IMG/VR virus record: IMGVR_UViG_3300032893_000082
Span: 1 to 47,795 of that record
Reading direction: 5' to 3' (one strand)
DNA from: a virus
Taxonomy: Duplodnaviria; Caudoviricetes
DNA: 47,795 nt
The translations under genes were made by a program, and so were the position numbers. Position 1 is the first letter of the stretch. Each line of letters starts with the position of its first letter. Below the pieces are notes generated by a model. It was given only the letters and a program-made list of their open reading frames with translations. It was not told the origin of the DNA and searched no databases. Positions 28,259 through 36,805 of the stretch are shown in pieces.

Positions 28259-28415
28259 TTACATCCTTGTTATTGAGTATCTCCAGAGAGGACTCAATCA
28301 GATCCAGAGCATCTGATACGAACCACTCCCTGGTTCGATACAATTCTTCAAAATCCTCTCTACAAGTCAAGAGGGTTTCCTTGAGATGGGCTATCTCTAC
28401 ATCACTGAACTCCAT
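28215..28415 (-). CDS. Hypothetical protein
   Basis: Helical acidic ORF packed between neighbours. Confidence 0.55.
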   Translation of the reverse strand: MEFSDVEIAHLKETLLTCREDFEELYRTREWFVSDALDLIESSLEILNNKDVNGKAKDTLLGPRNK

Positions 28416-28656
28416 ATTGATGCTTCAGAATCAATTGGCAATAGTGAATTGCTTTCTTGATGTCCTGGGCTCCTCCTTTTACCTTGTGACGAGTGATGTA
28501 CTTAACTATGTTTCCCTCGGCGAAATTTAGGCCGTTTTTGATGATAAACTCTGTCGGCTGGATTACCATTTCCTTGTAATGGGTTCCTCCGACCTGTTCC
28601 GTATCCGGGTCCGGATACTTTGCCGCTTCCTGCGGCCTGTCGGGGTCGGTGTCCAC
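28402..28656 (-). CDS. DUF3310 / SaV-like protein
   Basis: QVGGTHY...IQP...GNIVKYITR...DIKKAIHY. Confidence 0.85.
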   Translation of the reverse strand: MDTDPDRPQEAAKYPDPDTEQVGGTHYKEMVIQPTEFIIKNGLNFAEGNIVKYITRHKVKGGAQDIKKAIHYCQLILKHQYGVQ

Positions 28657-28665
28657 AGATCCTCC

Positions 28666-29196
28666 TTAACCATCCGCACCAGCAGAAGTAATCCATTCGT
28701 CAGGTATCCTCTCGCCTACGGCCCATTTAAACCCGTGCTTAGTAGCCCAATCGGAGTACCTCATCTTTTTCTTAGAGGTACACCAATTATCTCTTTGGAA
28801 CAAGAATCTCAGGTCGAGGTCAGGATTAGATTTGCGAACTGCTTCCATTCGCGCTCTATTTTCCGCAGTAAACTTCCCTTTAAGCTCGATGAACCTTTCG
28901 CCACTACCTCCAACTTCAACTCGAAGATCGGGTGTGTAAAATCGCTGCTGTGCGCAGCCAACTCTAGATCCACAAATCCGGCAGTAACTTTTGCGGATTT
29001 CTTTTTCGTATTTGATTTTTTCGGCTTCATATTCGTACTTTATTCCTCGTTGTTCAAGATCTTGGATAACCCTATCTTCAAAGTGCGAGGCGTGGTCCGG
29101 TCTTCCTCCCCGGTACCCCCACACCCTTGGCACTCTACCCCGTCTGGGTATCCTTCCCCTCTGCACTTTGGGCAGATCCTTCTGCTTTCTTGCCAA
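28666..29196 (-). CDS. Endonuclease I / Holliday junction resolvase (T7 gp3-like)
   Basis: SHFE...YEYE...YTPD...IELKG...DLRFLFQ...YSDWA...IPDEW; start uncertain. Confidence 0.85.
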   Translation of the reverse strand: MARKQKDLPKVQRGRIPRRGRVPRVWGYRGGRPDHASHFEDRVIQDLEQRGIKYEYEAEKIKYEKEIRKSYCRICGSRVGCAQQRFYTPDLRVEVGGSGERFIELKGKFTAENRARMEAVRKSNPDLDLRFLFQRDNWCTSKKKMRYSDWATKHGFKWAVGERIPDEWITSAGADG

Positions 29197-30085
29197 TCGT
29201 CCGATCCCCTTGTTCTTCTAGTTTTGGTGTCCACAATTTTTCGTCACTTTTCTGTCTAAGTCTGACTAATCGAGCTGTTTCTAACGCTACCTCTTCGGCG
29301 TTTTTATCTTTGTACGGACATCCTTCGATTTTCTTGGATTCCTCGTATTTCTTGACAATCTTGGGCCACATGGCTTCGTCAGATAAGCTATGGCACTGCG
29401 ATAAAAATCGTTTAGCACGCTTCTCTCCAAGTTCCCAGCACCCTCCGATATTGTCTCCGGGGTCCCCCGACAAGACCTGTTGCCAAAAATTGAGCTTGGC
29501 TTCATCCTCTGTAACAAAGTACGTTTTCTCCTCGACCCAATTGTAGTGTTCACCGGGGATCTGATCTAGGTCTTTGTCAATTCCGACAATAATTGGCTCG
29601 ATGCCTTTTTCATCGCAGCCTCGAGCAAACCAGGATATTTGGTCATCAGCTTCTTCATTACGAGTAATGATAGCGCCGTAAGCAGTTGTGAGGTACTCTC
29701 GTAGATCACCGTAATAAACAGGGCGAGAGAGACCATCTCTGTTACCTTTATACCTTTTGAGTGTAGCCACCACATCCCGAAAATTGCCAACACTAGGGCT
29801 AAGATATACAAACTTAATCGACCACCGGACGTTATCATACGCTTTCCTTATCATGCTATTGAGGACACCTATAGCATCCTCCAGGGTTCCTATTTCCTTA
29901 CGCATCCACAGGGTATCTCCTTCTTGGAGATCACCTATCTGGCCTTTTTTATCGAATTTGGTAAACGTAGGGTTGCCGTTCGCATCTCTCCTTTCTAATA
30001 GATATCTAGTCTTCTCTACCGCGAACGCTGCGCGGTAGAGGAAACTATCACCATCGATCAGAGCGCAACGCTCTTTTTTACTCAC
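29135..30085 (-). CDS. 5'-3' exonuclease (T7 gp6-like)
   Basis: LIDGD, NFR, YKGNR, EADD, DKDLDQIPG, GDPGDNIGG. Confidence 0.92.
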   Translation of the reverse strand: MSKKERCALIDGDSFLYRAAFAVEKTRYLLERRDANGNPTFTKFDKKGQIGDLQEGDTLWMRKEIGTLEDAIGVLNSMIRKAYDNVRWSIKFVYLSPSVGNFRDVVATLKRYKGNRDGLSRPVYYGDLREYLTTAYGAIITRNEEADDQISWFARGCDEKGIEPIIVGIDKDLDQIPGEHYNWVEEKTYFVTEDEAKLNFWQQVLSGDPGDNIGGCWELGEKRAKRFLSQCHSLSDEAMWPKIVKKYEESKKIEGCPYKDKNAEEVALETARLVRLRQKSDEKLWTPKLEEQGDRTIGKKAEGSAQSAEGKDTQTG

Positions 30086-30342
30086 TGAACAATCTCCGGA
30101 CCAAAGTCGGGCAGATCCCTTACAACGTCTTCATCCTTGTTCGGATTCTTCTCCCACTCGTCGAGCATGATCAAAAACTTACGAGCGTTGGCGAGAATAC
30201 TGGTGGACATCTCAGCTACGTCAAACTTCTTATTGATCACTGCGTAACAGATAAGCTCTACACCAGGCACATCAGCCACCCACAATTCGTAAGTATCGTT
30301 CTCATCAACCAATTGAATCTTTTCAATTATCTTTGTCACCAA
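30082..30342 (-). CDS. Hypothetical protein
   Basis: AGGAGGT SD; ATGA coupling to the exonuclease. Confidence 0.7.
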   Translation of the reverse strand: MVTKIIEKIQLVDENDTYELWVADVPGVELICYAVINKKFDVAEMSTSILANARKFLIMLDEWEKNPNKDEDVVRDLPDFGPEIVQ

Positions 30343-30362
30343 GCACCTCCTGTGCTTTTATC

Positions 30363-30977
30363 TTAAGACCAGGGGATCTCTTTGTCCGTACCCAAGCCCA
30401 CTCCACCACTAGCATCGGTGTTGTCATCAAAAACGTCACCGCCGCCCCCACCGCTAACCAGCGAAACCCTGTTAAAATATAGTTCAGTAAGGTCGTCAAT
30501 TTTACCCATGACCACAGCGACGTTATCGGCTTTAGCAGAATCTGCCAACTTAAGTACCCGTTCTCGCAGAAGCAGATCCACCACGCTAATAGCAGCGTTA
30601 CGAGCAGACTGATATTGGATACGAATATCGTTTTCCTTGCGATATTTGTCGTTCTCCACATCTCGTAACGCTCTTTCATCCCAATACTTTCCAGATTCTC
30701 CCTTCTTAGCATCCTGTCGTACCACCCCTGCGTTAGATCGCGCAGGCATATCTGCGCTTGATTCCGAACGATCAATATGCTTAATACTACCAGGATCCAC
30801 ATTATAGCGACCGTTTTCTTCCTTATAGTCGAATTCTATGTAATCGTTTTTATTCAATCCGTGGTCCGTAGTTCCCGTCCCGAAGAACTTGTCTTCCGTC
30901 CCGATTCGAAATGAATATAACGTTTTCTTTCCCCACCTGTTGTTGCCTGCGTATGTAACATATCCTTTTGCTTGCAT
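30363..30977 (-). CDS. Putative single-stranded DNA-binding protein
   Basis: OB-like N-terminus, IQYQSARNAA, acidic tail ending EIPWS; follows the polymerase. Confidence 0.65.
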   Translation of the reverse strand: MQAKGYVTYAGNNRWGKKTLYSFRIGTEDKFFGTGTTDHGLNKNDYIEFDYKEENGRYNVDPGSIKHIDRSESSADMPARSNAGVVRQDAKKGESGKYWDERALRDVENDKYRKENDIRIQYQSARNAAISVVDLLLRERVLKLADSAKADNVAVVMGKIDDLTELYFNRVSLVSGGGGGDVFDDNTDASGGVGLGTDKEIPWS

Positions 30978-30988
30978 CCGTGCCTTCC

Positions 30989-32890
30989 TTAGTTGAGTGT
31001 AATGGCTGTTGGCTTATCTGAGGTAAACTTGAATCGTTTTTCTGGTTCGTATTTTGCTTCTTCTCCTTCTCCCCAGTGTTCCCCCTCTTTGTATCCCAGA
31101 CCAAGAGGAGTGCTAAAATCATAATCATAAAGCTTGGCCAATACCTCGTAAATATCATTAGTATAGGATTGTACCATAAGCTCCCTAAATTTACAAGACT
31201 CTTCCACAGGAATGTCGCCGATACCGCTATCGTGTACAGTATTGCATATGTAACCACTCCAACCGCGCATACCATGCCAAACAAGCACAAGGCTAAGCAA
31301 AGCAATATCAGCACCAGCAAAGCTGCTGATCGGATAATTGAAAATCTTCGTGGTATTCGTAATGTAGCCACTTTCTAGCATCCTCGTGTCCGGCCAGTAG
31401 AAAATAAGTCCTGACGGTATTCTAAGCTGTCCAGTTTCGAGCACACTGTAAACCCATCGTAATTGACCGTTATACAAGCCTGAATATCGTGCTCGGAAAG
31501 CTTCGTAATATCGCACGAGCCTCGGAGGACCCGATTTTCCCCCATATATGGGCTTAAACGTATGCGGTTTGGACTCCTGTCTAGTAAAACCTGTAACGGA
31601 GGATGTAAGCGTGTGCACGTCAGCCCTAGCAAGAACATCCGCAAGTCCGACTGGGTCCCCTGTAAGGTCAACACCAGTTCTAAATTCGAGTTGCGGGCAG
31701 TCACCCTCAGCGATTCGGCAACCTTTACGCCCACTGCAAAATAGCTTTTTGAGCGATCTTGATTGGTTTTGAAGCTGGAGACCCCACTTTCCTCCTGTGC
31801 TGGATAGTCGGTGATTCTGAGTAACCGCTTGATTGAATTGAGCAAAGAAATGGCCATTATCTTTCTCGCATATCTCTTTCATTGTCTCCAAATTGGAGAC
31901 CATCTTCTTCAGCGGTGCTAGGGTTCCCCAAAGCTTCAGGAACTTTCTTTGGTCACTAGTGGTACCTCGAAGTTTCTCGATTGTGGGGTTGGACGCACTG
32001 CGGTTTCCGGAGTCAGTACGGACAACTTTGCCTCGATAGTCTTTAAGTTCCGCAAATCCCAATTTGTCGTAAAGTAGTCCGGCAACTTGTTTTGGCGAAT
32101 CCCAATTAACTCCTCCACAAAATTCTTGCAGTGCTCTGTCACATTGCTGGAACTCTTGAATTGCATTTGTATGCGCAGTAAGTACTCTGGGGGCGTCCAG
32201 ATGACATCCTCTGGCTTCGATGTCGGCGAGCATCGGTGTTGCAAGACATCGCCCGTACAGTACTTTATCCAACCCCAACCCAATAATTCGTCGTTGCTGT
32301 TGAAGAAAAAGATCTTCAGTCCTTTTAACATCAACTCCACAGTATTCTCTGAGATCCATCTGGGGAATACGTGATGGACAGACTCCACTGTCAATAAGCG
32401 CTGACACATAACGCATCTTGCCTGGAATACGGTACCTTTTGAGAGTTGCGTCAAGGGAGAATCCTCCGTCTGGTTTAGTATTACCTGCTAGGCAGTACTC
32501 CCCTAGCATAGGGTCATAGATTAGTAAGTCTCGTAGCTCCACTCCACATCGACGTAGCCATCCGGCTTCGAACTTGGCATGGAAGGCGACAACGAAGCTT
32601 GCTCTCTCAATATCGTCAAGAAGTCTTTGTTGCTCAAACTCCGTACCAAACTGACTGCGTACCCCCCTACCGTCGGTGTAAGACGGATGTTCTTTACCGA
32701 CCAACCAGCAAGCAAGAATAATCGAATTGTTTCGGTTAACTGGAGATCCGTGGTCAATATTTGTCGTTTCAAAATCAAGGACAAGGTAGTCGCTCCTTAA
32801 GTAGACTGACGGGTCTAGGTCCAACGGGCGGGATTTTCTAATGCCCGCGCTAAGATTTTCGTTCTCCATCTCCCTTCCTTGGTATCTCAA
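30989..32890 (-). CDS. polA: Family A DNA polymerase with 3'-5' exonuclease
   Basis: LDFET (exo I), HRLSS, DCPQLEFR (motif A), RQESKPHTF...YG (motif B), TVHDS (motif C); start may be ATG at 32869. Confidence 0.95.
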   Translation of the reverse strand: MRYQGREMENENLSAGIRKSRPLDLDPSVYLRSDYLVLDFETTNIDHGSPVNRNNSIILACWLVGKEHPSYTDGRGVRSQFGTEFEQQRLLDDIERASFVVAFHAKFEAGWLRRCGVELRDLLIYDPMLGEYCLAGNTKPDGGFSLDATLKRYRIPGKMRYVSALIDSGVCPSRIPQMDLREYCGVDVKRTEDLFLQQQRRIIGLGLDKVLYGRCLATPMLADIEARGCHLDAPRVLTAHTNAIQEFQQCDRALQEFCGGVNWDSPKQVAGLLYDKLGFAELKDYRGKVVRTDSGNRSASNPTIEKLRGTTSDQRKFLKLWGTLAPLKKMVSNLETMKEICEKDNGHFFAQFNQAVTQNHRLSSTGGKWGLQLQNQSRSLKKLFCSGRKGCRIAEGDCPQLEFRTGVDLTGDPVGLADVLARADVHTLTSSVTGFTRQESKPHTFKPIYGGKSGPPRLVRYYEAFRARYSGLYNGQLRWVYSVLETGQLRIPSGLIFYWPDTRMLESGYITNTTKIFNYPISSFAGADIALLSLVLVWHGMRGWSGYICNTVHDSGIGDIPVEESCKFRELMVQSYTNDIYEVLAKLYDYDFSTPLGLGYKEGEHWGEGEEAKYEPEKRFKFTSDKPTAITLN

Positions 32891-32898
32891 ACGGTAAA

Positions 32899-34128
32899 CT
32901 ATCGATTAAATTCTTCAACGACCCCTGTTTGGGGGTTGATCCGGACTGCGACTTGAAAGTGTTCGCCCCCGAGCTTATTTTTTGGTCCGCTAAGGGTTCT
33001 AATGTTCGCTTGCTTGTCATCGTTGCTGGCACCAATTCCAATCGCAAGATCGATGGCCCCTGGTATCCCTGTTTTGCTAAAGTCAATATCAGAAAGTTCA
33101 AGGAACGACTTACCCTCTGCTGATTCCCCAGCCTGAGTGACGGAGACAACGACAATATTTTTGGACTTACCCAGATTTCTAGCTCCGATTGCAGCTTTTT
33201 CAAGGGCTGTAACACGATTATCATCTCCTACATCGATGTTTCTGAGCTGGTTTAGTACCACGATATGTGGTGTGTACTTGTCAACAAGTCTCCCAATCGT
33301 TCTGTAGTTGCCTGGAGAGAGTGAGACTCCAATAAAATTACTATATCCTCTCCCGGTAATCGTCTGCTGAGCTTTATCCGGATATTGCCGAATATCCACG
33401 CGCGGTCTTCTGCAGAGCCTCCCGATAAGGCGTAACGTAGTGTCACTGAGTGGTTCTTCGTTCTCCACATAAAGCACCCGATAGCCTCGTTCGATCCAAC
33501 TTGCCGTAAGGTCGAGCGCCAAAAGGGACTTCCCAACCTCCGGTCTTCCGAATACCAGGACATGGTGTCCCGGTCTAACTCCACCATCGGTGTGTCTATT
33601 AAGGACATCGAGTCCAAAAGGAACAGTCTGTCCGGAAAATTTGTGATCAAGAAGTTCTGCGACGGGGACGTCACACAGAACTCCACCATCACCACTTTCA
33701 CTAGAGGTTTCTTCATTACCATCTCTTAGTTGCTGGTATTTGGAAATAAGTTCGTCAAGTTCACGTCCTTCCTGACGGTTCGCCAAAAGGCCAGCGATCT
33801 GATCACCAATTCTGTATCGGCGGTGGTCCCTAATATCTCGCACAAGGTTGGGAACAGACACGGACCCGTCAAGTCCTCTACAGAAATCCTCCACCGCTTT
33901 AGCATAGTGAGGATTATGTGCTTCCTTTGCTGCACGGTCCAAGAGGACTTCTCGGCTGCAAGACTCCGCAGTTGGGTCAGTAGCGTAATAATCCTCCAAT
34001 AATTTTGCTGCAGCTTTGGCAACTGGCGAAAATGTTGCGGCAAACGGTTCGCCGTCAAGTGCGCTGAGGATTGTCTCATAATTACCTCTACTACTAAGAC
34101 ACGCTGATAAAATCCGATTTTCCATCAT
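32899..34128 (-). CDS. DnaB-like replicative helicase
   Basis: GRPEVGKS Walker A, VENEE, VTQA, SKTGIPGAIDL, KNK. Confidence 0.92.
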   Translation of the reverse strand: MMENRILSACLSSRGNYETILSALDGEPFAATFSPVAKAAAKLLEDYYATDPTAESCSREVLLDRAAKEAHNPHYAKAVEDFCRGLDGSVSVPNLVRDIRDHRRYRIGDQIAGLLANRQEGRELDELISKYQQLRDGNEETSSESGDGGVLCDVPVAELLDHKFSGQTVPFGLDVLNRHTDGGVRPGHHVLVFGRPEVGKSLLALDLTASWIERGYRVLYVENEEPLSDTTLRLIGRLCRRPRVDIRQYPDKAQQTITGRGYSNFIGVSLSPGNYRTIGRLVDKYTPHIVVLNQLRNIDVGDDNRVTALEKAAIGARNLGKSKNIVVVSVTQAGESAEGKSFLELSDIDFSKTGIPGAIDLAIGIGASNDDKQANIRTLSGPKNKLGGEHFQVAVRINPQTGVVEEFNR

Positions 34129-34939
34129 ATAACGCTTCTCTTATCCTTTTCCTTGAAACGTATTTAAGATCCAAGTCCAACTGCCAAATCTCTGTAGATC
34201 CGAACAGAGGCTCGTACCGTTGACGGTACGTAATCATCTGGGGCATCGTGCCTCTATCGAGAGCCAAAACTACAAAATCCTCACAATATCCCGCTATCTC
34301 GTAAGCTCTCTCAAAGTCTATGTGAGTACCGTTCAAGCAACACGCGGCTACGCCGCATAATGAGACCTTTCTCGCACTTATGTAATCTTCTACTACGACT
34401 ACGCCTCCCATCTCTGCTTTCTGCGGGAAGAACCAGTGCATAAAAGGTTCTGCCCGGTGATTATAATTGGTGCACTTAATCAAAGAAGTAGGTTGGAATG
34501 ATCGGAGCTGCCATCCTCTGTGCTGGCCCAAGGGTCCCAAGATCTTGAAAGCGTACATGTCCTTACTCGGAACCCAATACACGTGCTCATCCGGGGATAT
34601 ACCGAACTTCTCTCTAAACCATCTCACCTGGTTCTCGTCCAAGGCTTCCACGGGGCGATCCATGAGCCTGGTAGCGTGGTGAGGGGCAGTGATGTTCTCG
34701 GCTGTAATGACCCCTCCTCGCAGCGTGCCTTGCCATTGGCACTTAGCCCGGAAACACTTGAAGTACAAAGAACCGCTAGTGGACTTAGATACGGCAAAAG
34801 AGTTTTCCTTAGATTGGCCTCCACCGCACCGGGGGCAAATGCCCCGGTAAGTGGTACCCTTAGAAAGAGTGGAAGCGAGAAGCTCGACCTCCTCAAGATT
34901 GGTCTTCTGACTCGGCAGGGTTATCACTTGAGCTATCAT
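34094..34939 (-). CDS. DNA primase (Zn finger plus TOPRIM)
   Basis: CPRC...CFRAKC; VVVEDYISA; LALD. Confidence 0.88.
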   Translation of the reverse strand: MIAQVITLPSQKTNLEEVELLASTLSKGTTYRGICPRCGGGQSKENSFAVSKSTSGSLYFKCFRAKCQWQGTLRGGVITAENITAPHHATRLMDRPVEALDENQVRWFREKFGISPDEHVYWVPSKDMYAFKILGPLGQHRGWQLRSFQPTSLIKCTNYNHRAEPFMHWFFPQKAEMGGVVVVEDYISARKVSLCGVAACCLNGTHIDFERAYEIAGYCEDFVVLALDRGTMPQMITYRQRYEPLFGSTEIWQLDLDLKYVSRKRIREALYDGKSDFISVS

Positions 34940-35117
34940 GATCGCTTTCTACCTCTTCCCATATCTCAGGTTGGTACTCTCGTTCGAAGTACTGCTCGAA
35001 ATTTAGTTCTTCTTCTGCTGCGATATCAGAGATATCGTCGGATTCCGACAGAACGTCTTGCTGCAATTCTAGTTCGCGGAGTAGCTCCAGACTTACGTGC
35101 GGCGGTTTTTTGTCCAT
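34893..35117 (-). CDS. Small highly acidic protein
   Basis: TAAGG SD; 25 of 74 residues are D/E. Confidence 0.6.
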   Translation of the reverse strand: MDKKPPHVSLELLRELELQQDVLSESDDISDIAAEEELNFEQYFEREYQPEIWEEVESDHDSSSDNPAESEDQS

Positions 35118-35448
35118 AGTCCCTTACCTTATTTATTTTTGTTTTTCTTTTCTTTTCCGTGAACCAATGGTACAGGGTAACGTGGTGTCCCCCAGACTTG
35201 GAGTTCACACCAAGCTTGAATTTATCACACCTGTACCCAGAACGCAAGATCAACTTGTATAGGCGCTCACCGTGCCCATACTCATCAGCATCAGAAAACT
35301 CGATGATCAGCGGCAGTTCGTCCCCTCCCTGTACCTTAGCTCGCGCTAGAATATCTTCCAGGTCAGTTTTGCTGAACCCTGTGTTATGCAGACCTCCTAC
35401 GCAGTACACAGCACAGCAGTGCTGACTCTTATAAACTTGCATTTTCAC
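35026..35448 (-). CDS. Uncharacterised protein, C/D/N-motif family paralogue B
   Basis: AGGAG upstream; KSQHCCA...IIEFSD...VNSKSGGHHVTLYHW. Confidence 0.7.
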   Translation of the reverse strand: MKMQVYKSQHCCAVYCVGGLHNTGFSKTDLEDILARAKVQGGDELPLIIEFSDADEYGHGERLYKLILRSGYRCDKFKLGVNSKSGGHHVTLYHWFTEKKRKTKINKVRDYGQKTAARKSGATPRTRIAARRSVGIRRYL

Positions 35449-35513
35449 TCCTAAGTAATTGTATCAGTTAAGAATAGTTACCCTAACATGTTAGAGAATC
35501 GTACTTGTCAATA

Positions 35514-35542
35514 TTGACATGAAAATACAATATTAGTATAAT
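35514..35542 (+). promoter_or_regulatory. Perfect-consensus sigma70 promoter, antisense to the ligase operon
   Basis: TTGACA(35514-35519)-17 bp-TATAAT(35537-35542). Confidence 0.8.
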
Positions 35543-35640
35543 ACCGACTTCGGTCGGTTAGACAGAAGTCGGAACTACCTCCCTCAGTCGGGTACACGGC
35601 CCGTCCCACAAGGAGAGGGCCGTACTATCGCCGCTCCCTA

Positions 35641-36198
35641 TCAAGCGGCGATTATACTATCTACTATTTTCTTATCTTCTACTACGAGCAACTCTTTAGT
35701 AGTTGCGAGTGCTTTCTTTACCGGGGCGCCAACCTTGACGCCCGGTTTAAACACCACCACGTGAGGTGGTGTTAATACGTACACACGGCCCGGATGACTA
35801 CCCACAGGGCCGTGCCACAGATTATCTACTAGATCGGTGCGCCACACGGTGCACCCCAGTTCTTTCTGGTGTAAGTACAAGTACAGAAATAGTCCCTTGA
35901 GACTTCGTAGTGCTATTGATTCACCGATATTTTGGTAAATATCGTACATTTTCTGATTATCGTGAAACACAAAGAAAGCTAAGTTTCTATCGTATCCTCC
36001 GCTGGCGTATTTAGGTCCGGGATCACGAAGCCATTCCAAGAATTCTAATACAGATTCCTTAATCTCTTTTGCAGATATTTTTTTCGAATCGAAATTATTA
36101 TAACAAAGCCCACCGTCTGATAGGATTTGCATGTGATCAATTGTGCCCATTGCACAATTGTAGGACTTGATGTGCGCTCGAATTTGGTACTTAGCCAT
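35641..36198 (-). CDS. Uncharacterised protein, C/D/N-motif family paralogue C
   Basis: KSYNCA...FFVFHD...KGL...DNLWHG...RVYVL. Confidence 0.75.
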   Translation of the reverse strand: MAKYQIRAHIKSYNCAMGTIDHMQILSDGGLCYNNFDSKKISAKEIKESVLEFLEWLRDPGPKYASGGYDRNLAFFVFHDNQKMYDIYQNIGESIALRSLKGLFLYLYLHQKELGCTVWRTDLVDNLWHGPVGSHPGRVYVLTPPHVVVFKPGVKVGAPVKKALATTKELLVVEDKKIVDSIIAA

Positions 36199-36199
36199 T

Positions 36200-36805
36200 T
36201 TAGGCGATTCCTAGGGTCGTAAGTTCGTGTTTAAGGATTGGTGAATGGGCATAGTTTTTCGCGATTGCGGAAAGGGACACTTTCATCCCCGGAGTAACGG
36301 AAGCCTTGTCGAAACAGATATCCTTAGCTATAGAGGGCAACACCAAAGTCCATATTCGACTAGGCTTGGAGGGTCCATAGTACCGATTCGGTAGAATCGG
36401 ACTCTTGAGTACCACTACCCCGAACTTGGGCTCCGTCTCGAACACCTCTATCAGTCCTTTCCAGTGATTGTACCAAGTAAAGGACTTGTTCATGTGAATT
36501 GCATCACAGTAAATAAGTACGCCAGGAGGGTACACGCCGCTATCCAAGGGAAAGAAGGGGCACCCGTCCTTAAGGGCCTTGAACGTGGCCCTCTGATTAA
36601 GATCTTCCAAATAATTGAAGATGATCGCGTCTCTGATCTTAGGATCTTCCAGTTCCTTAGCGATTACCCCCGACCCAACATCTACGGGGTCGTCCCCGTT
36701 GTTCACGTGAAGCTGCAACCGCCCTACGGTTTTGTTGCCGCAATTGTACTCTCCATAGAGAGCACTAAGCCATACGTTGTATTTGCCTACTTTATGTTTA
36801 TTCAC
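36200..36805 (-). CDS. Uncharacterised protein, C/D/N-motif family paralogue D
   Basis: EYNCG...VLIYCD...KGL...PNRYYG...RIWTL; coupled to the ATP-grasp gene. Confidence 0.75.
   Translation of the reverse strand: MNKHKVGKYNVWLSALYGEYNCGNKTVGRLQLHVNNGDDPVDVGSGVIAKELEDPKIRDAIIFNYLEDLNQRATFKALKDGCPFFPLDSGVYPPGVLIYCDAIHMNKSFTWYNHWKGLIEVFETEPKFGVVVLKSPILPNRYYGPSKPSRIWTLVLPSIAKDICFDKASVTPGMKVSLSAIAKNYAHSPILKHELTTLGIA

Noticed and set aside
28579-29259. 226-aa + strand ORF (also 34520..35119)
   Set aside because: Antisense to well-supported replication genes, beyond the + terminator, and not protein-like in composition
34893-35117. Pup-like tag for the COOH-NH2 ligases
   Set aside because: Acidic and probably disordered, but it lacks a C-terminal GG[EQ]
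35480-35511. - strand promoter from the mirrored TTGACA
   Set aside because: Candidate -10 boxes lie at 12 or 20 bp spacing; at most an extended -10 element
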